From the IMG/VR virus record IMGVR_UViG_3300025011_000036: DNA of 64,000 nt. The stretch is one strand, 5' to 3'. The DNA comes from an uncultured virus (IMG/VR IMGVR_UViG_3300025011_000036) (Duplodnaviria; Heunggongvirae; Uroviricota; Caudoviricetes). The translations under genes and the position numbers were made by a program. The number at the start of each line of letters is the position of its first letter. Within the stretch, counting starts at the first letter, position 1. A model generated the notes under the pieces. That model searched no databases and was not told the origin of the DNA. It was given only the letters and a program-made list of their open reading frames with translations. Shown here piece by piece: positions 1-9,622 of this stretch.

Positions 1-351
1 TAGGACATGGCACAAAGCAAAGACTATTGGATATCCGGTAGCCAATGCTGCACAGATGAGAGTTGTGCTAGATGGCTGTCGCTCTACACTACTAGTCATT
101 ACCAAGGATGAGTATTGTCCTTGTCCTGCTCTCCCTGCTCTGCCCTATGGGGTATGTCTGATCTGCCGGACTGACCGGACACTAGGGGTAGGGGGACGGT
201 ACTAGGACCACCGAGGCATGGGGCCGGTATACCCCTCGTATATATGTATACCTATCCCCCTATCTCTCTCATTAATTCATCAACCATGAATACCTAAACC
301 TCTCCTACAAAAACATAATCCACAAGTATATTCATACGAACACTTCCTAAT

Positions 352-418
352 AAACTCAATACATAAAGCATAACTCCAACATAAGCATGAACCCCAAACA
401 TAAAGCAAAGCCCAATAC
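352..418 (+). repeat. Three to four imperfect ~18-nt tandem repeats (aactc/ccaa..cataa(a)gca)
   Basis: aactcaatacataaagca / taactccaacataagca / tgaaccccaaacataaagca / aagcccaatac. Confidence 0.6.
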
Positions 419-626
419 CGCATTCCAAATTTTGCGCGCTCAATTTTTATATATTTTTAGTAATGCCCTTTGCGAGAGTGAGGGGTGTTTGACGTTGGAA
501 TGGAACGACGTAAGCAAGACCCAAGAGAACTACTCTTAGTGTGACGACAAGCCAAAACCCTGTACCCCTTGGGGGAGTAAGGAAATATAGAGGTTGTGAA
601 TTATCACACTTGAAACGGCTAAGGCG

Positions 627-1232
627 GTGATGAAATTGGACGAAAAGTCTACAAAGTATTTTCAAAGGGATGTCAATGCGGTCATTATGCCAGTTATGTT
701 TAGTAGGGAAAGACTGGGTAACGGGAGGGAATACATCACGGCTACCGACCCTGATACCGATAGGATTCTCTATGGATTCTTTAATAAATATCGTCCTCCT
801 AAACCAGCCAAGGTTATCGAACTTGGTGTAGAGGGAGAACTGGATTCTGAGAAAAAGCCAAAGAAGAAGAGTTCCGGAAACAAGCTCACCTATGCCAAGT
901 TGTACATCAGTGAGATACACAAGTACCCAAAGGATAAATTGAGTTATGAGTACGCTGGGATGTGCATGCACTTGGCAACCTATATCGAGTGGCATGATGG
1001 AAGTCTAGTCGTCGGTACTGGCAAGCGAAGGAAGCTAATGGAACGCAAGGACATATCAAAGGAGTTGGGGGTTAGTGATTCCACAACCAGGAGATTCGTT
1101 GCCAAGCTCGAAGAGTTGAAGTTAATCTCCAAGGTTGGGGATTCCTATAAGATGATTGGTAAGTTATTCGGCAAGGGAAAGGAGATAAATGTTACTCCTG
1201 ATATTCCAATGAAGGGAGATGTTGTGCCTTGA
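627..1232 (+). CDS. HTH DNA-binding protein, RepL/MarR-like C-terminus
   Basis: C-terminal wHTH 'RKDISKELGVSDSTTRRFVAKLEELKLI'. Confidence 0.6.
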   Translation: MMKLDEKSTKYFQRDVNAVIMPVMFSRERLGNGREYITATDPDTDRILYGFFNKYRPPKPAKVIELGVEGELDSEKKPKKKSSGNKLTYAKLYISEIHKYPKDKLSYEYAGMCMHLATYIEWHDGSLVVGTGKRRKLMERKDISKELGVSDSTTRRFVAKLEELKLISKVGDSYKMIGKLFGKGKEINVTPDIPMKGDVVP

Positions 1233-1399
1233 AAAATCCAAAGGAAGTCCTAAAAGTTGTAGTTGAATTTGATGAATACGGATTACCTAAACTGCCTGGT
1301 GATGGCGAGTATCCAGAGTGGGTTGCTTATGCGATACAAGAGTGGAGAACTTCATTGATATCAGAGAAGAAGGCTTTGGGATTAAGTATCCCCGAATAA
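1229..1399 (+). CDS. Small hypothetical protein (56 aa)
   Basis: TTG start overlapping upstream stop, preceded by AAGGGAG; fills the gap exactly. Confidence 0.5.
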   Translation: MKNPKEVLKVVVEFDEYGLPKLPGDGEYPEWVAYAIQEWRTSLISEKKALGLSIPE

Positions 1400-1414
1400 T
1401 TAAATAAAGAGGAG

Positions 1415-2146
1415 TTGGCTTTAGATATGCCGATTAGAAGAGAAAAGATTACAACGTATGAACAGGCGTTTAGATTAATTCATGTTTCGGTGACAGGAAA
1501 AGCAATGTTTATAGTTAAGGATTTAGAGAAACAGGGACACAATGAGAAGAGTATTTCTTTTGCAATATGGAAGTCGTCGGAAAAACTATGCGGATTAAGA
1601 AATGACCCAAGGTTTGAGAGTATTTTTATTAACGAGATAAGAAAGTGGTCATGGCCTAGCGGTGATCCTCGATGGAAAGAGTTTCACAAGAAAAAAGAAG
1701 AAGAACTTAAAGCCATTGAATTAGATAAAATTGAAAAAAAGAGAAGAAATCAGGAACAATCTTACAAAAAGAGATATCCTGGTTTTATTTATTTTATACA
1801 GGGTGAATCCGGTGGTTCCGTAAAGATTGGATATGCCGCAGATATTACAAAGCGGATAAAGACATTACAGACAGGTTTCCCAGAAACTCTAATTATCGTT
1901 AAATCATTTCCGGGGAACATAAGCGATGAGGGCGGATTCCATGAAGAGTTTAAGGATTTTCGCATAAGGGGCGAGTGGTTTGATCCCATAGTATTGGAGA
2001 GTGCCGATATGGTTGTTGGTAAGATCCAAAAGGATAAGCAGTTTTGCTGCAAAAAGTGTGGTGGAGAGGAGTTAATGAATATCTTCGATGAAATGGGATT
2101 AGTTGGACGCGCTTGTGTGAGGTGTGGATTATTGGTGAAAGCTTAA
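1415..2146 (+). CDS. GIY-YIG family nuclease (T5orf172/MUG113-like)
   Basis: 'GFIYFIQ...VKIGYA..ITKRIKTLQTG...RIRGEWF'. Confidence 0.8.
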   Translation: MALDMPIRREKITTYEQAFRLIHVSVTGKAMFIVKDLEKQGHNEKSISFAIWKSSEKLCGLRNDPRFESIFINEIRKWSWPSGDPRWKEFHKKKEEELKAIELDKIEKKRRNQEQSYKKRYPGFIYFIQGESGGSVKIGYAADITKRIKTLQTGFPETLIIVKSFPGNISDEGGFHEEFKDFRIRGEWFDPIVLESADMVVGKIQKDKQFCCKKCGGEELMNIFDEMGLVGRACVRCGLLVKA

Positions 2147-2217
2147 TCGTTCCTCCCTTAACCCCTTCTTCCAAACTTAAACCCTTGATTACAAGCCCAA
2201 TTTCAGGAGGAAATAGC

Positions 2218-2391
2218 ATGTCTGAAAACCGAGCATGTAAAGTATTTGATCCAAAAGACCCTACTTACGGCAAAACCAACTGCGCTTCATGCCTCGTATT
2301 CAACGGAACAACCTGCAAAGACGAACCCTATGTGATGGCAATACATGAACCCGCAACAATTATCCATACCGGATGGTGTAACCATGGCTAA
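2218..2391 (+). CDS. Small Cys-rich hypothetical protein
   Basis: AGGAGG SD before ATG 2218. Confidence 0.55.
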   Translation: MSENRACKVFDPKDPTYGKTNCASCLVFNGTTCKDEPYVMAIHEPATIIHTGWCNHG

Positions 2392-2426
2392 TATAGATAT
2401 CTCTATTATTATTGGAGGTGATGCCA

Positions 2427-3940
2427 ATGCCCAACATTGATATACGCATAAGTGCTAAAGTGTTCAACAAGATATACATGCCATGCCTAGAGACTGATTT
2501 CCGCTATGAAGTATACTATGGTGGAGCCTAGCTGGATCGGGAAAGTCGGTATTTATAGCGCAAAAGTACATCTATAAGATGCTCAAGCAAAAGATGAATC
2601 TGCTAGTCATACGGCAAACTGGTGATTCTAATAGAGATTCGACGTTCGCCTTATTAAAGCAAGTTATAAACGAGTGGAAGGTTGATCACCTGTTTGTTGT
2701 CCGCGAGTCTGATCTTCGCATAACATGTAAGGCAAACGGTAACGCAATGTTATTTAAGGGGTTAGACGATGTAGAACGTTTGAAGTCCATAACCTTCTCT
2801 AAGGGCGAGTTGACTGATGTGTGGATAGAAGAGGCTAGTGAGGTTGAAGAGTCAAGTTTTAACCAATTAGACATTAGGCTTCGTGGAGGAAAACAGAAGA
2901 AACAGGTCATTATCTCCTTCAATCCCATTAACATAACTCATTGGCTCAAGAGGTTTGTCGATGATAAGCAAGAGAATAAGATGTCACTACATACCACCTA
3001 CCATGATAATAAGTTCATTGACGACGAATACAAGGCTCTCTTGGAGTCGTACAAAGAAAAGGACCCTTATTATTATGACGTATATGCTTTAGGTCAGTGG
3101 GGCGTTTTAGGCAAAACCATCTTCAATGCTCACAAGGTCAATGAACGTCTAACCCTAGTCCGAGACAGATACCCGGTCAAGCAAGGTTCCTTCACATATG
3201 ATTATGTGGGAGAGAGAATAGTAGAGTCATCTATTCGTTGGGTAGAGTCGGACGATGGATATATAACAATCTACGAGGATGTCATACCAGGCCTAACCTA
3301 TGGCATTGGTGGAGACACATCAGGAGATGGATCAGACTACTTCATAGGTCAGGTTATAGACAATACATCAGGTAAGCAGGTAGCGGTCCTTAGGCATCAA
3401 TTTGATGAGGACTTATACGCAAAGCAAATGTACTGCTTGGGTAAATACTTCAACTGGGCACTCATTGGTATTGAGACAAACTACAGCACATACCCGGTCA
3501 AAGAACTTCAACGCCTTGACTACCCAGAACAGTATATTCGAGTAGTAGAGGACACCATAAGCCAAACAACACAAAAGAGGTATGGATTCCAAACAACTAA
3601 GCTAACAAGACCAATTATTATTGCCGATTTAGCCTGCATCGTTCGAGAGCAAACGGAGCTTATAAACGATCCTGAAACCCTGAACGAAATGCTAACCTTT
3701 GTTCGTAACAAAAAAGGCAGACCCGAAGCAATGCCTGGTGAGCATGACGACCTTATCATTGCCTTAGCAATAGCCTACTACATCAGGGAACAAGGTATTA
3801 TTAACGGCACGATCGTAGCGGCGGTAGCAAGGAATACGAATACAACAGTTAATCATGACTACCAAAACGGAAAACATTGGTCGGAGATAGAGGATGAGCA
3901 GGACGAAGAAGGAAGTTTCATGAAAGGTTGGGATTCCTAG
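2427..3940 (+). CDS. terL: Terminase large subunit (PBSX-type), interrupted by a 5-nt stop-containing insert in Walker A
   Basis: GGAGGTG SD + ATG 2427. Frame 1 reads ...YEVYYGGA* (TAG 2529-2531). Frame 2 resumes GSGKSVFIAQK at 2534 and continues into Walker B 'DVWIEEA' and nuclease 'HDDLIIALA'. Confidence 0.92.
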
Positions 3941-4114
3941 ATGGCATATGCAGAACCTTTTAATCGTTTATGGATGAATGACATTTACTATAAACCAAGG
4001 AGAGTAGAACTAAGTGAAAAAGAGTTGAGAGATTTAAGGTTATTAAGATCAATGGGAGTACGGGAAGCTAGTCAAAAACTGGCTGACTATTCCTTTAATA
4101 AGTATCTAAGTTAA
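3941..4114 (+). CDS. Small hypothetical protein (57 aa)
   Basis: ATG immediately after terL stop; fills the gap. Confidence 0.45.
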   Translation: MAYAEPFNRLWMNDIYYKPRRVELSEKELRDLRLLRSMGVREASQKLADYSFNKYLS

Positions 4115-4127
4115 TAGGAGGTCCATC

Positions 4128-4403
4128 ATGCCAATACCCCTAACAATCACAATATGCTTAACCTTAACCCTTGCGATAACAGCAGGGTCTTTTTATTGGG
4201 GTAAATACATCGGCATAACCCTAAAAACTTCTGCCGATAACCAAACTCGTATCAACCTAGCCACAAAGCAAATCGAGGAAATGGCTGAAGCGATCGAACA
4301 GCTTAACTATCAACTCGATAATGACAAAAGGGAAAAAGCAGGCTATCAACCACAGAAGCAAGGATGGGACCCGTCTAATCCTCTTAGCTCGGAAAGAAGG
4401 TGA
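4128..4403 (+). CDS. Membrane-anchored coiled-coil hypothetical protein
   Basis: N-terminal hydrophobic helix; AGGAGG SD. Confidence 0.6.
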   Translation: MPIPLTITICLTLTLAITAGSFYWGKYIGITLKTSADNQTRINLATKQIEEMAEAIEQLNYQLDNDKREKAGYQPQKQGWDPSNPLSSERR

Positions 4404-4407
4404 GTAA

Positions 4408-6282
4408 GTGAAGGACAAGCCGATTGACATAATAGATGCCAATACTAACGTTAACGAATTAATCCAAACCGAAGAAGAAAAGAAACTAGCAATGCGAGTT
4501 CAAGAGCTATTTACAGCCTCTTATAATACTAAAAGCCAACTTAGAAAGCCTGATATATGGAAGAAGTGCGATGATTACAAGCACAACCGGCAGAACCCAC
4601 CAAAGAGCGATATAGATCCCGGAAGCGTGACGAATATCATTCATTCCATCATAGAGGCGATGATTGCCGACTTGGTGGATAAGCCTATTGCTGTAGAAGC
4701 GAAAGGTCATGAACCATCAGACCATTTATTAGCCGAGCAATCAAAGCATATGCTTGAATTTGTGCTAAACCGAAACAGGATTAAGTCAAAGCTCAATCAG
4801 TCTGAACATGATCGGTTAGAGTTGGGAACAACAATATTGAAGGTATATTTCGACCACGACGCTTTAGGTGGCAGAGGTCTTCCGATCGTTGAACCAATTT
4901 CACCTGCAAACTTCTTTCCAGACCCAAAGGTACAGAGTTCTCACCTACTCCAAGAAGGCGAGTTCATGATTCACGCTGTACCGAGGCCGCTATCATGGTA
5001 CAGGAAACAATGGCCGGAGCGCGGTAAATATGTTCAGCGTGAAATATCTGTGCCGTATAACCCTGAGATATTCGAGGATCAAGGGTCTGATGAAACCGAG
5101 TTAACGACTAGCCAAAAGGCGTTACTCCTTGAATGCTACATGAAGGATAATGATGGTTCCACTTACTGTCTACATGTGGCAAATCACATTCTGCTCGAAG
5201 ATTCCAGAAAAGTTCTGAACGGTAAAAAGGTCAACAGACGTGATCAATTCCCCTTCGTCTTGATCCCCTGCTACATCCAGAGAGGGCAGATATGGGGTCA
5301 ATCAGACATTGAAATGCTTATTCCAACTCAGGACATCATAAATGAGATGGACGATAACATAAGAATTACAGCACGCCTTATGGGTAATCCTCAAGTTGTT
5401 GTAGGGATGGGAGCCGGGCGTTCATTTGATTACCGCAAGTGGACAAACATGCCGGGTCTTAGAATACCAATGAGGGACATTAACGCTTGGCGCATTGTAG
5501 AACCATCTGGTGTTTCAGCAGACATTATCAATAGGCGTGAAAAGGGATTTCAGGAAGCGAACCTTATATCGGGGAGAACAGACTTAACCACTGAGCAAAC
5601 CTATGGAGCAGTTAGGGCGGCAAGTGCTATTATAGCCGTTCAGCAGCAAGGTCAAAAAGGAGTTAACCATAAGGCCGAGATGTTCAAGACTGGCTGGGGA
5701 GAGGTTCTTGAACTCATTATGGATGAGATAATAACTAATTGGGATACCGAAATGTGGTTTAGGATTGAGGGGGAGAAACCGGACTTTAGATTCTATGACC
5801 CTTCAAGATTGAGTGTGGTTCCTCAAATGATTCCAGATCAAAGACCTGTTTTGGATGAGAATAACGAACCTGTCATTGGGCTTGATGGTCCCGAAATGGA
5901 ACACTTCATCAAACCATTAGAGGACGAAGAAGGAAACAAAATGACAAGAGAGGTACAATTAGACCTCTCTTTATCTATGGGTAATGGCTTGCCAAGCGAT
6001 AAGGCGTTTATGTATCAGACGGTCGTGGAGTTATCTAAGGCAATAATTGATGGTCGTTCGGTTATTACATGGAAAGAATTCCGCGAATACTTACGTTCCG
6101 AAGTCGGATTACCGTTGGATGATGACGTAAACATTCCCCAACTTCAATTACCTGGTATGCAGGGGCAACCTACGATTCCGGGACAAATACCAGGACAAAT
6201 GCCTATTCCGAACACTGATAATATGAATGGCCAAGAAGGGCAGATGAATAATATTCTTTCTTCATTGCGAGGTGATGGTTAA
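4408..6282 (+). CDS. Portal protein (P22/podovirus-like)
   Basis: 624 aa after terL; 'FFPDP', 'FPFVLIP...WGQSDIEMLIPTQDIIN', Q/P/G-rich tail. Confidence 0.85.
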   Translation: MKDKPIDIIDANTNVNELIQTEEEKKLAMRVQELFTASYNTKSQLRKPDIWKKCDDYKHNRQNPPKSDIDPGSVTNIIHSIIEAMIADLVDKPIAVEAKGHEPSDHLLAEQSKHMLEFVLNRNRIKSKLNQSEHDRLELGTTILKVYFDHDALGGRGLPIVEPISPANFFPDPKVQSSHLLQEGEFMIHAVPRPLSWYRKQWPERGKYVQREISVPYNPEIFEDQGSDETELTTSQKALLLECYMKDNDGSTYCLHVANHILLEDSRKVLNGKKVNRRDQFPFVLIPCYIQRGQIWGQSDIEMLIPTQDIINEMDDNIRITARLMGNPQVVVGMGAGRSFDYRKWTNMPGLRIPMRDINAWRIVEPSGVSADIINRREKGFQEANLISGRTDLTTEQTYGAVRAASAIIAVQQQGQKGVNHKAEMFKTGWGEVLELIMDEIITNWDTEMWFRIEGEKPDFRFYDPSRLSVVPQMIPDQRPVLDENNEPVIGLDGPEMEHFIKPLEDEEGNKMTREVQLDLSLSMGNGLPSDKAFMYQTVVELSKAIIDGRSVITWKEFREYLRSEVGLPLDDDVNIPQLQLPGMQGQPTIPGQIPGQMPIPNTDNMNGQEGQMNNILSSLRGDG

Positions 6283-6545
6283 TGGCCAATGAAATGACAG
6301 CTCAGGAGGAACAATATTGGTTGCACTCGCTTAGTGGGGACCCCTTGATTGGGTCTTTTTTACGTACTCAGGGTATGTTTGGTGATCCAAGGATACGCGC
6401 GTTAAATCAACCTGTCTGTGGGCGATGTCAAAAACTTTCTTTGTGGCATGAAAATGGTGCTTTATGTCCTAGTTGTGGTCATTTAACCCCTAAAAATAGT
6501 AGTTATAAGCTCAAGACGCATCTCAAGGAAGGTTGGTATAAGTAG
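6282..6545 (+). CDS. Zinc-ribbon hypothetical protein
   Basis: CxxC...CxxC; coupled to the portal stop. Confidence 0.6.
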   Translation: MANEMTAQEEQYWLHSLSGDPLIGSFLRTQGMFGDPRIRALNQPVCGRCQKLSLWHENGALCPSCGHLTPKNSSYKLKTHLKEGWYK

Positions 6546-6565
6546 ATGAAAGGTGGTAATTATCA

Positions 6566-6751
6566 ATGGAATGTCCTGGAAAAGGTAAAGGAAAAGGTAT
6601 GATGGTCAGCGTAATGGTTAAGAAAGGTGGTGGCCCCATGAAAGGCAAGCCAATGATGGATGACGATGAATACAAAGCAATGCCAAAAGGTCCAATGTCT
6701 AAAAAGACTATGGCTAAGTCAGCGCCAAAGGGCAAGGCTAAGAAAAAGTAG
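6566..6751 (+). CDS. Small Lys/Met/Gly-rich basic protein
   Basis: AAAGGTGG SD; low-complexity basic sequence. Confidence 0.6.
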   Translation: MECPGKGKGKGMMVSVMVKKGGGPMKGKPMMDDDEYKAMPKGPMSKKTMAKSAPKGKAKKK

Positions 6752-6945
6752 AATTGGCAATAGGTAAAGGGTAGATGTATCCTGCGTTTACTGAAAATCT
6801 TTATCAGGTGATCAAGGATAATCCGAATATATTCAGCCAATTGACGAGCTAGGAATAGCTCTTTTTATATTCCTAAAATTGACACTCGGAAAGACGAGAC
6901 GGGCGAAACGATGGGATGCCGCCATCAAATTATGGAGTGATTACA

Positions 6946-7797
6946 TTGAAAAGACTTTTATCCATGAACTTGCAGAAATTTGCTGAAACGGTCGTAGATG
7001 TGCCTGACGACGAGGTGCAAACCACAGAAACCACGGAAGAAACTGAAACCGCTGAGACTACCGAGGCAGAGGAAACAACCGAACCTACGGAGTCTACCGA
7101 AGTTGAAGAAGACACTGACGATACCTACGAACTTCCCGAGCTGCCACCTGAACAGAAAAACGCCTTCCAGAAGCGTCTTGAACGCGAACAGAAGAAGATT
7201 CGCGATCAAGTAGAAGCTGAATCAATTGCAAAGTACGCCAAGCATCAAAAGATCATCGATTCCCTTGGTGGCGATCCTGACGCAATCGAAAAGGCTTTCC
7301 AGGAACAGGCATGGGCGAAGGAAGCTGAGGCTCAAGGGTACGCAAACCCCGAAGAGTCTGCATGGTATATCGGGCAGAAGAAGCAACAGGCCGAACTTAA
7401 TGAACTCCGAGTCAAGGTACAAATCAATGAACTGAAGGACGATCCCCTTTATGCCGGAATCAAGGGTTCGGAGAAAGAGATTCAAGCATTTATGACTCGA
7501 ACAGGTTCTACGGCTAAAGAAGCATACTGGGCAATAGGCGGAGAAGCCCGGGCGCAACAACTCAAACGAGAGGCCGAGCAAAGGGCAATCGTTAAGAAAG
7601 CTCAACCAAAACGTACTGTTCAGTCAGATAGTGCAACGGGTGATGCCGGGGCATTGCCTCCGTTACCTGCTGATATCGAGGTACAGCGTAGGCAGATGGG
7701 CATTTCTCATCAAGAAGCATTGGATCTGCTCGGTTCAGACTATGCCAACATTGACGACTATCGTAAACAAAAACAACTTAAACAGAAGAAAGGATGA
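6946..7797 (+). CDS. Capsid scaffolding protein with N-terminal Prp-type cleavage motif
   Basis: GGAGTG SD + TTG 6946; 'MKRLLSMNLQKF|AET', acidic T/E-rich N-terminus, coiled coil; lies before the capsid gene. Confidence 0.8.
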   Translation: MKRLLSMNLQKFAETVVDVPDDEVQTTETTEETETAETTEAEETTEPTESTEVEEDTDDTYELPELPPEQKNAFQKRLEREQKKIRDQVEAESIAKYAKHQKIIDSLGGDPDAIEKAFQEQAWAKEAEAQGYANPEESAWYIGQKKQQAELNELRVKVQINELKDDPLYAGIKGSEKEIQAFMTRTGSTAKEAYWAIGGEARAQQLKREAEQRAIVKKAQPKRTVQSDSATGDAGALPPLPADIEVQRRQMGISHQEALDLLGSDYANIDDYRKQKQLKQKKG

Positions 7798-7803
7798 TAT
7801 TAA

Positions 7804-8247
7804 ATGGCACGTTATTTATATTCCGCACTAACAGGTACTAACGATCCGAAGGCGAGCACGCTTAAAATCGGAGCAAGTCAAACCATAGCGATTGGAGATG
7901 TCCTGGCGATTGATGCAACAACTAAGCGAGGCATTGCCGCGGTTGGGGCATCTACAGCACTATATGCCATTGCTGGTGCCGCAATTACCACGACTGCAAG
8001 TCCTACTTCTGCAGATAAGATTCCGGTCACTCTGCTCAAGGGTGCTGTTATCCGTATTCCGTTCATTACGACAGGGACAAAGAAGACCTTCGCCGACACT
8101 GATTTGTTTATCACAAAGTTCGACCTGAAGGACAAGGTATCCGTTGACCCTGACGATGTAACAGGAGGTATGTGTCACATTATTGACTACGACAATACCG
8201 CTTTGACCGTAGATGTCGTGTTCGACGATGCAAATTTAGTTTATTAA
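7804..8247 (+). CDS. Putative capsid decoration/cement protein
   Basis: 147 aa, beta-rich, between scaffold and major capsid genes. Confidence 0.6.
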   Translation: MARYLYSALTGTNDPKASTLKIGASQTIAIGDVLAIDATTKRGIAAVGASTALYAIAGAAITTTASPTSADKIPVTLLKGAVIRIPFITTGTKKTFADTDLFITKFDLKDKVSVDPDDVTGGMCHIIDYDNTALTVDVVFDDANLVY

Positions 8248-8264
8248 GAAGGGAATGATTACCA

Positions 8265-9149
8265 ATGCCAATGAATACAAGCCAATTTCAAAACCTTTAC
8301 TTGAAGAAAATAGATAAAACCTTTTTCGAGGCGTGGGATGAAGAGTCTGAGCAATGGTCCAGATATCTTAAGGCTGAAACTTCTAGCCAGAATGCTGAGG
8401 TAACTCAGAACTTCGCCGGAATCGCTAAGTGGTCTAAAAAGGATGAGCTCGCCAACCCAACTGAACAAAAGTTCAAACTAGGAGACATTATCACGACTAC
8501 GCATCAACCGTTTGCCGTCACTGTGGTAATGAGTCGTGAGCAAGTTGACGATTCCAAATACAAAGAAGTGGAAGGTATGACCCGTGATGCTGGACATGCA
8601 GGACGGGAAACCCTTGAGTCTGAATGCATCGGAGTCCTTGATAATGCCTTTACTGTTAATCAGTACGACGGAGTTCCTTTGTGTTCTGACTCGCATCCTA
8701 ATCGTGGAGATGCAGGGGGTGTTCAAGACAACCTGCATTCTGGCGCATTGTCGGACGCTACCCTGAAAACAGGATTAACCCTCTTCCGTCAGCAAAAGGA
8801 TGAAAGCGGAAAGCAGATTCTCGCTCGTCCGAAAAAGCTTATTATTCATCAATCCAAGCAATTTTTGGCGGCTACTATCCTGCAATCTACTCTGCAATCC
8901 GGAACTCCTAATAACGACAAGAACGTCCTTCCGGCCCTTGAAATTGTTGATCTCGACTTTATGTCTTCTACTACTGCATGGTTCTTACAGGGTTCTCGCC
9001 ATGGATTGGTGCATTATTTCCGTGTTAAACCTGAGTTTATCCGAGAAAAGGAAATGCGCCAGAACGGTAGTTGGGTGTGGAATGGATACTTTAGACATAG
9101 CACGAGTGTAGAAAATTGGCGCATGTTTTTAGGATCGCCGGGAACCTGA
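8265..9149 (+). CDS. Major capsid protein (HK97 fold, Mu gpT-like)
   Basis: 'YDGVPLCSDSHP', 'QKDESGKQILARPKKLII', 'WRMFLGSPG'; size and position. Confidence 0.85.
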   Translation: MPMNTSQFQNLYLKKIDKTFFEAWDEESEQWSRYLKAETSSQNAEVTQNFAGIAKWSKKDELANPTEQKFKLGDIITTTHQPFAVTVVMSREQVDDSKYKEVEGMTRDAGHAGRETLESECIGVLDNAFTVNQYDGVPLCSDSHPNRGDAGGVQDNLHSGALSDATLKTGLTLFRQQKDESGKQILARPKKLIIHQSKQFLAATILQSTLQSGTPNNDKNVLPALEIVDLDFMSSTTAWFLQGSRHGLVHYFRVKPEFIREKEMRQNGSWVWNGYFRHSTSVENWRMFLGSPGT

Positions 9150-9196
9150 TAAGATAACATTGTAGGAAATCCTGGAGCTTAATAAGTAGCAAAAAT

Positions 9197-9220
9197 AGGA
9201 GGGGCTTATTCCCCTCCTTC
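9197..9220 (+). terminator. Hairpin after capsid gene
   Basis: aggagggg-cttatt-cccctcct. Confidence 0.55.
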
Positions 9221-9295
9221 TCAATGGGTCATTTATCGAAAGATATTCAAAATATAGTTGGACAAATGACCCATTACGTTCGAGGCGGTGAAACG

Positions 9296-9619
9296 ATGAC
9301 CACTAAATATCCTGCTGCAATAGATACATTTACAACTAAAATTGACTACGTTAGCCCTATTATCGCAAAAGATATGAATGACGTTCAGGACGCTATTGTA
9401 GCGGTTGAAACTCTTCTAACTCATACTGTCGAGGAAGTAGGAAATATATCCACTACTAGAGCTACTAATGTTCAAATCGTAATCGGAGCGACATCAATTA
9501 ACATCTTCAGGGACGGAGAACAAGAGTCGTGGGTGGCAACAAGGGATTCACGCGATAGGTTTTCAACTCTAACAAGGGGAGAAAGCACAATAAGTATAAC
9601 TTACCCTCCGGAGGTGTGA
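9296..9619 (+). CDS. Hypothetical virion-associated protein
   Basis: GAGGCGGTG SD before ATG 9296; 'YPAAIDTF...DMNDVQDAIVAVE'. Confidence 0.55.
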   Translation: MTTKYPAAIDTFTTKIDYVSPIIAKDMNDVQDAIVAVETLLTHTVEEVGNISTTRATNVQIVIGATSINIFRDGEQESWVATRDSRDRFSTLTRGESTISITYPPEV

Positions 9620-9622
9620 TCT

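Noticed and set aside
352..418. Mini CRISPR array
   Set aside because: Repeats are short, degenerate and adjacent, with no spacers or cas genes.
447..995. Antisense ORFs such as 447..995, 19250..19741, 20909..21409 and 61286..62080
   Set aside because: They are shadows of well-supported genes on the opposite strand and have no motifs.
2529..2531. TAG read-through (pyrrolysine or alternative genetic code) explaining the terL stop
   Set aside because: Read-through would not restore the frame (5-nt offset), and TAG terminates many other genes normally.
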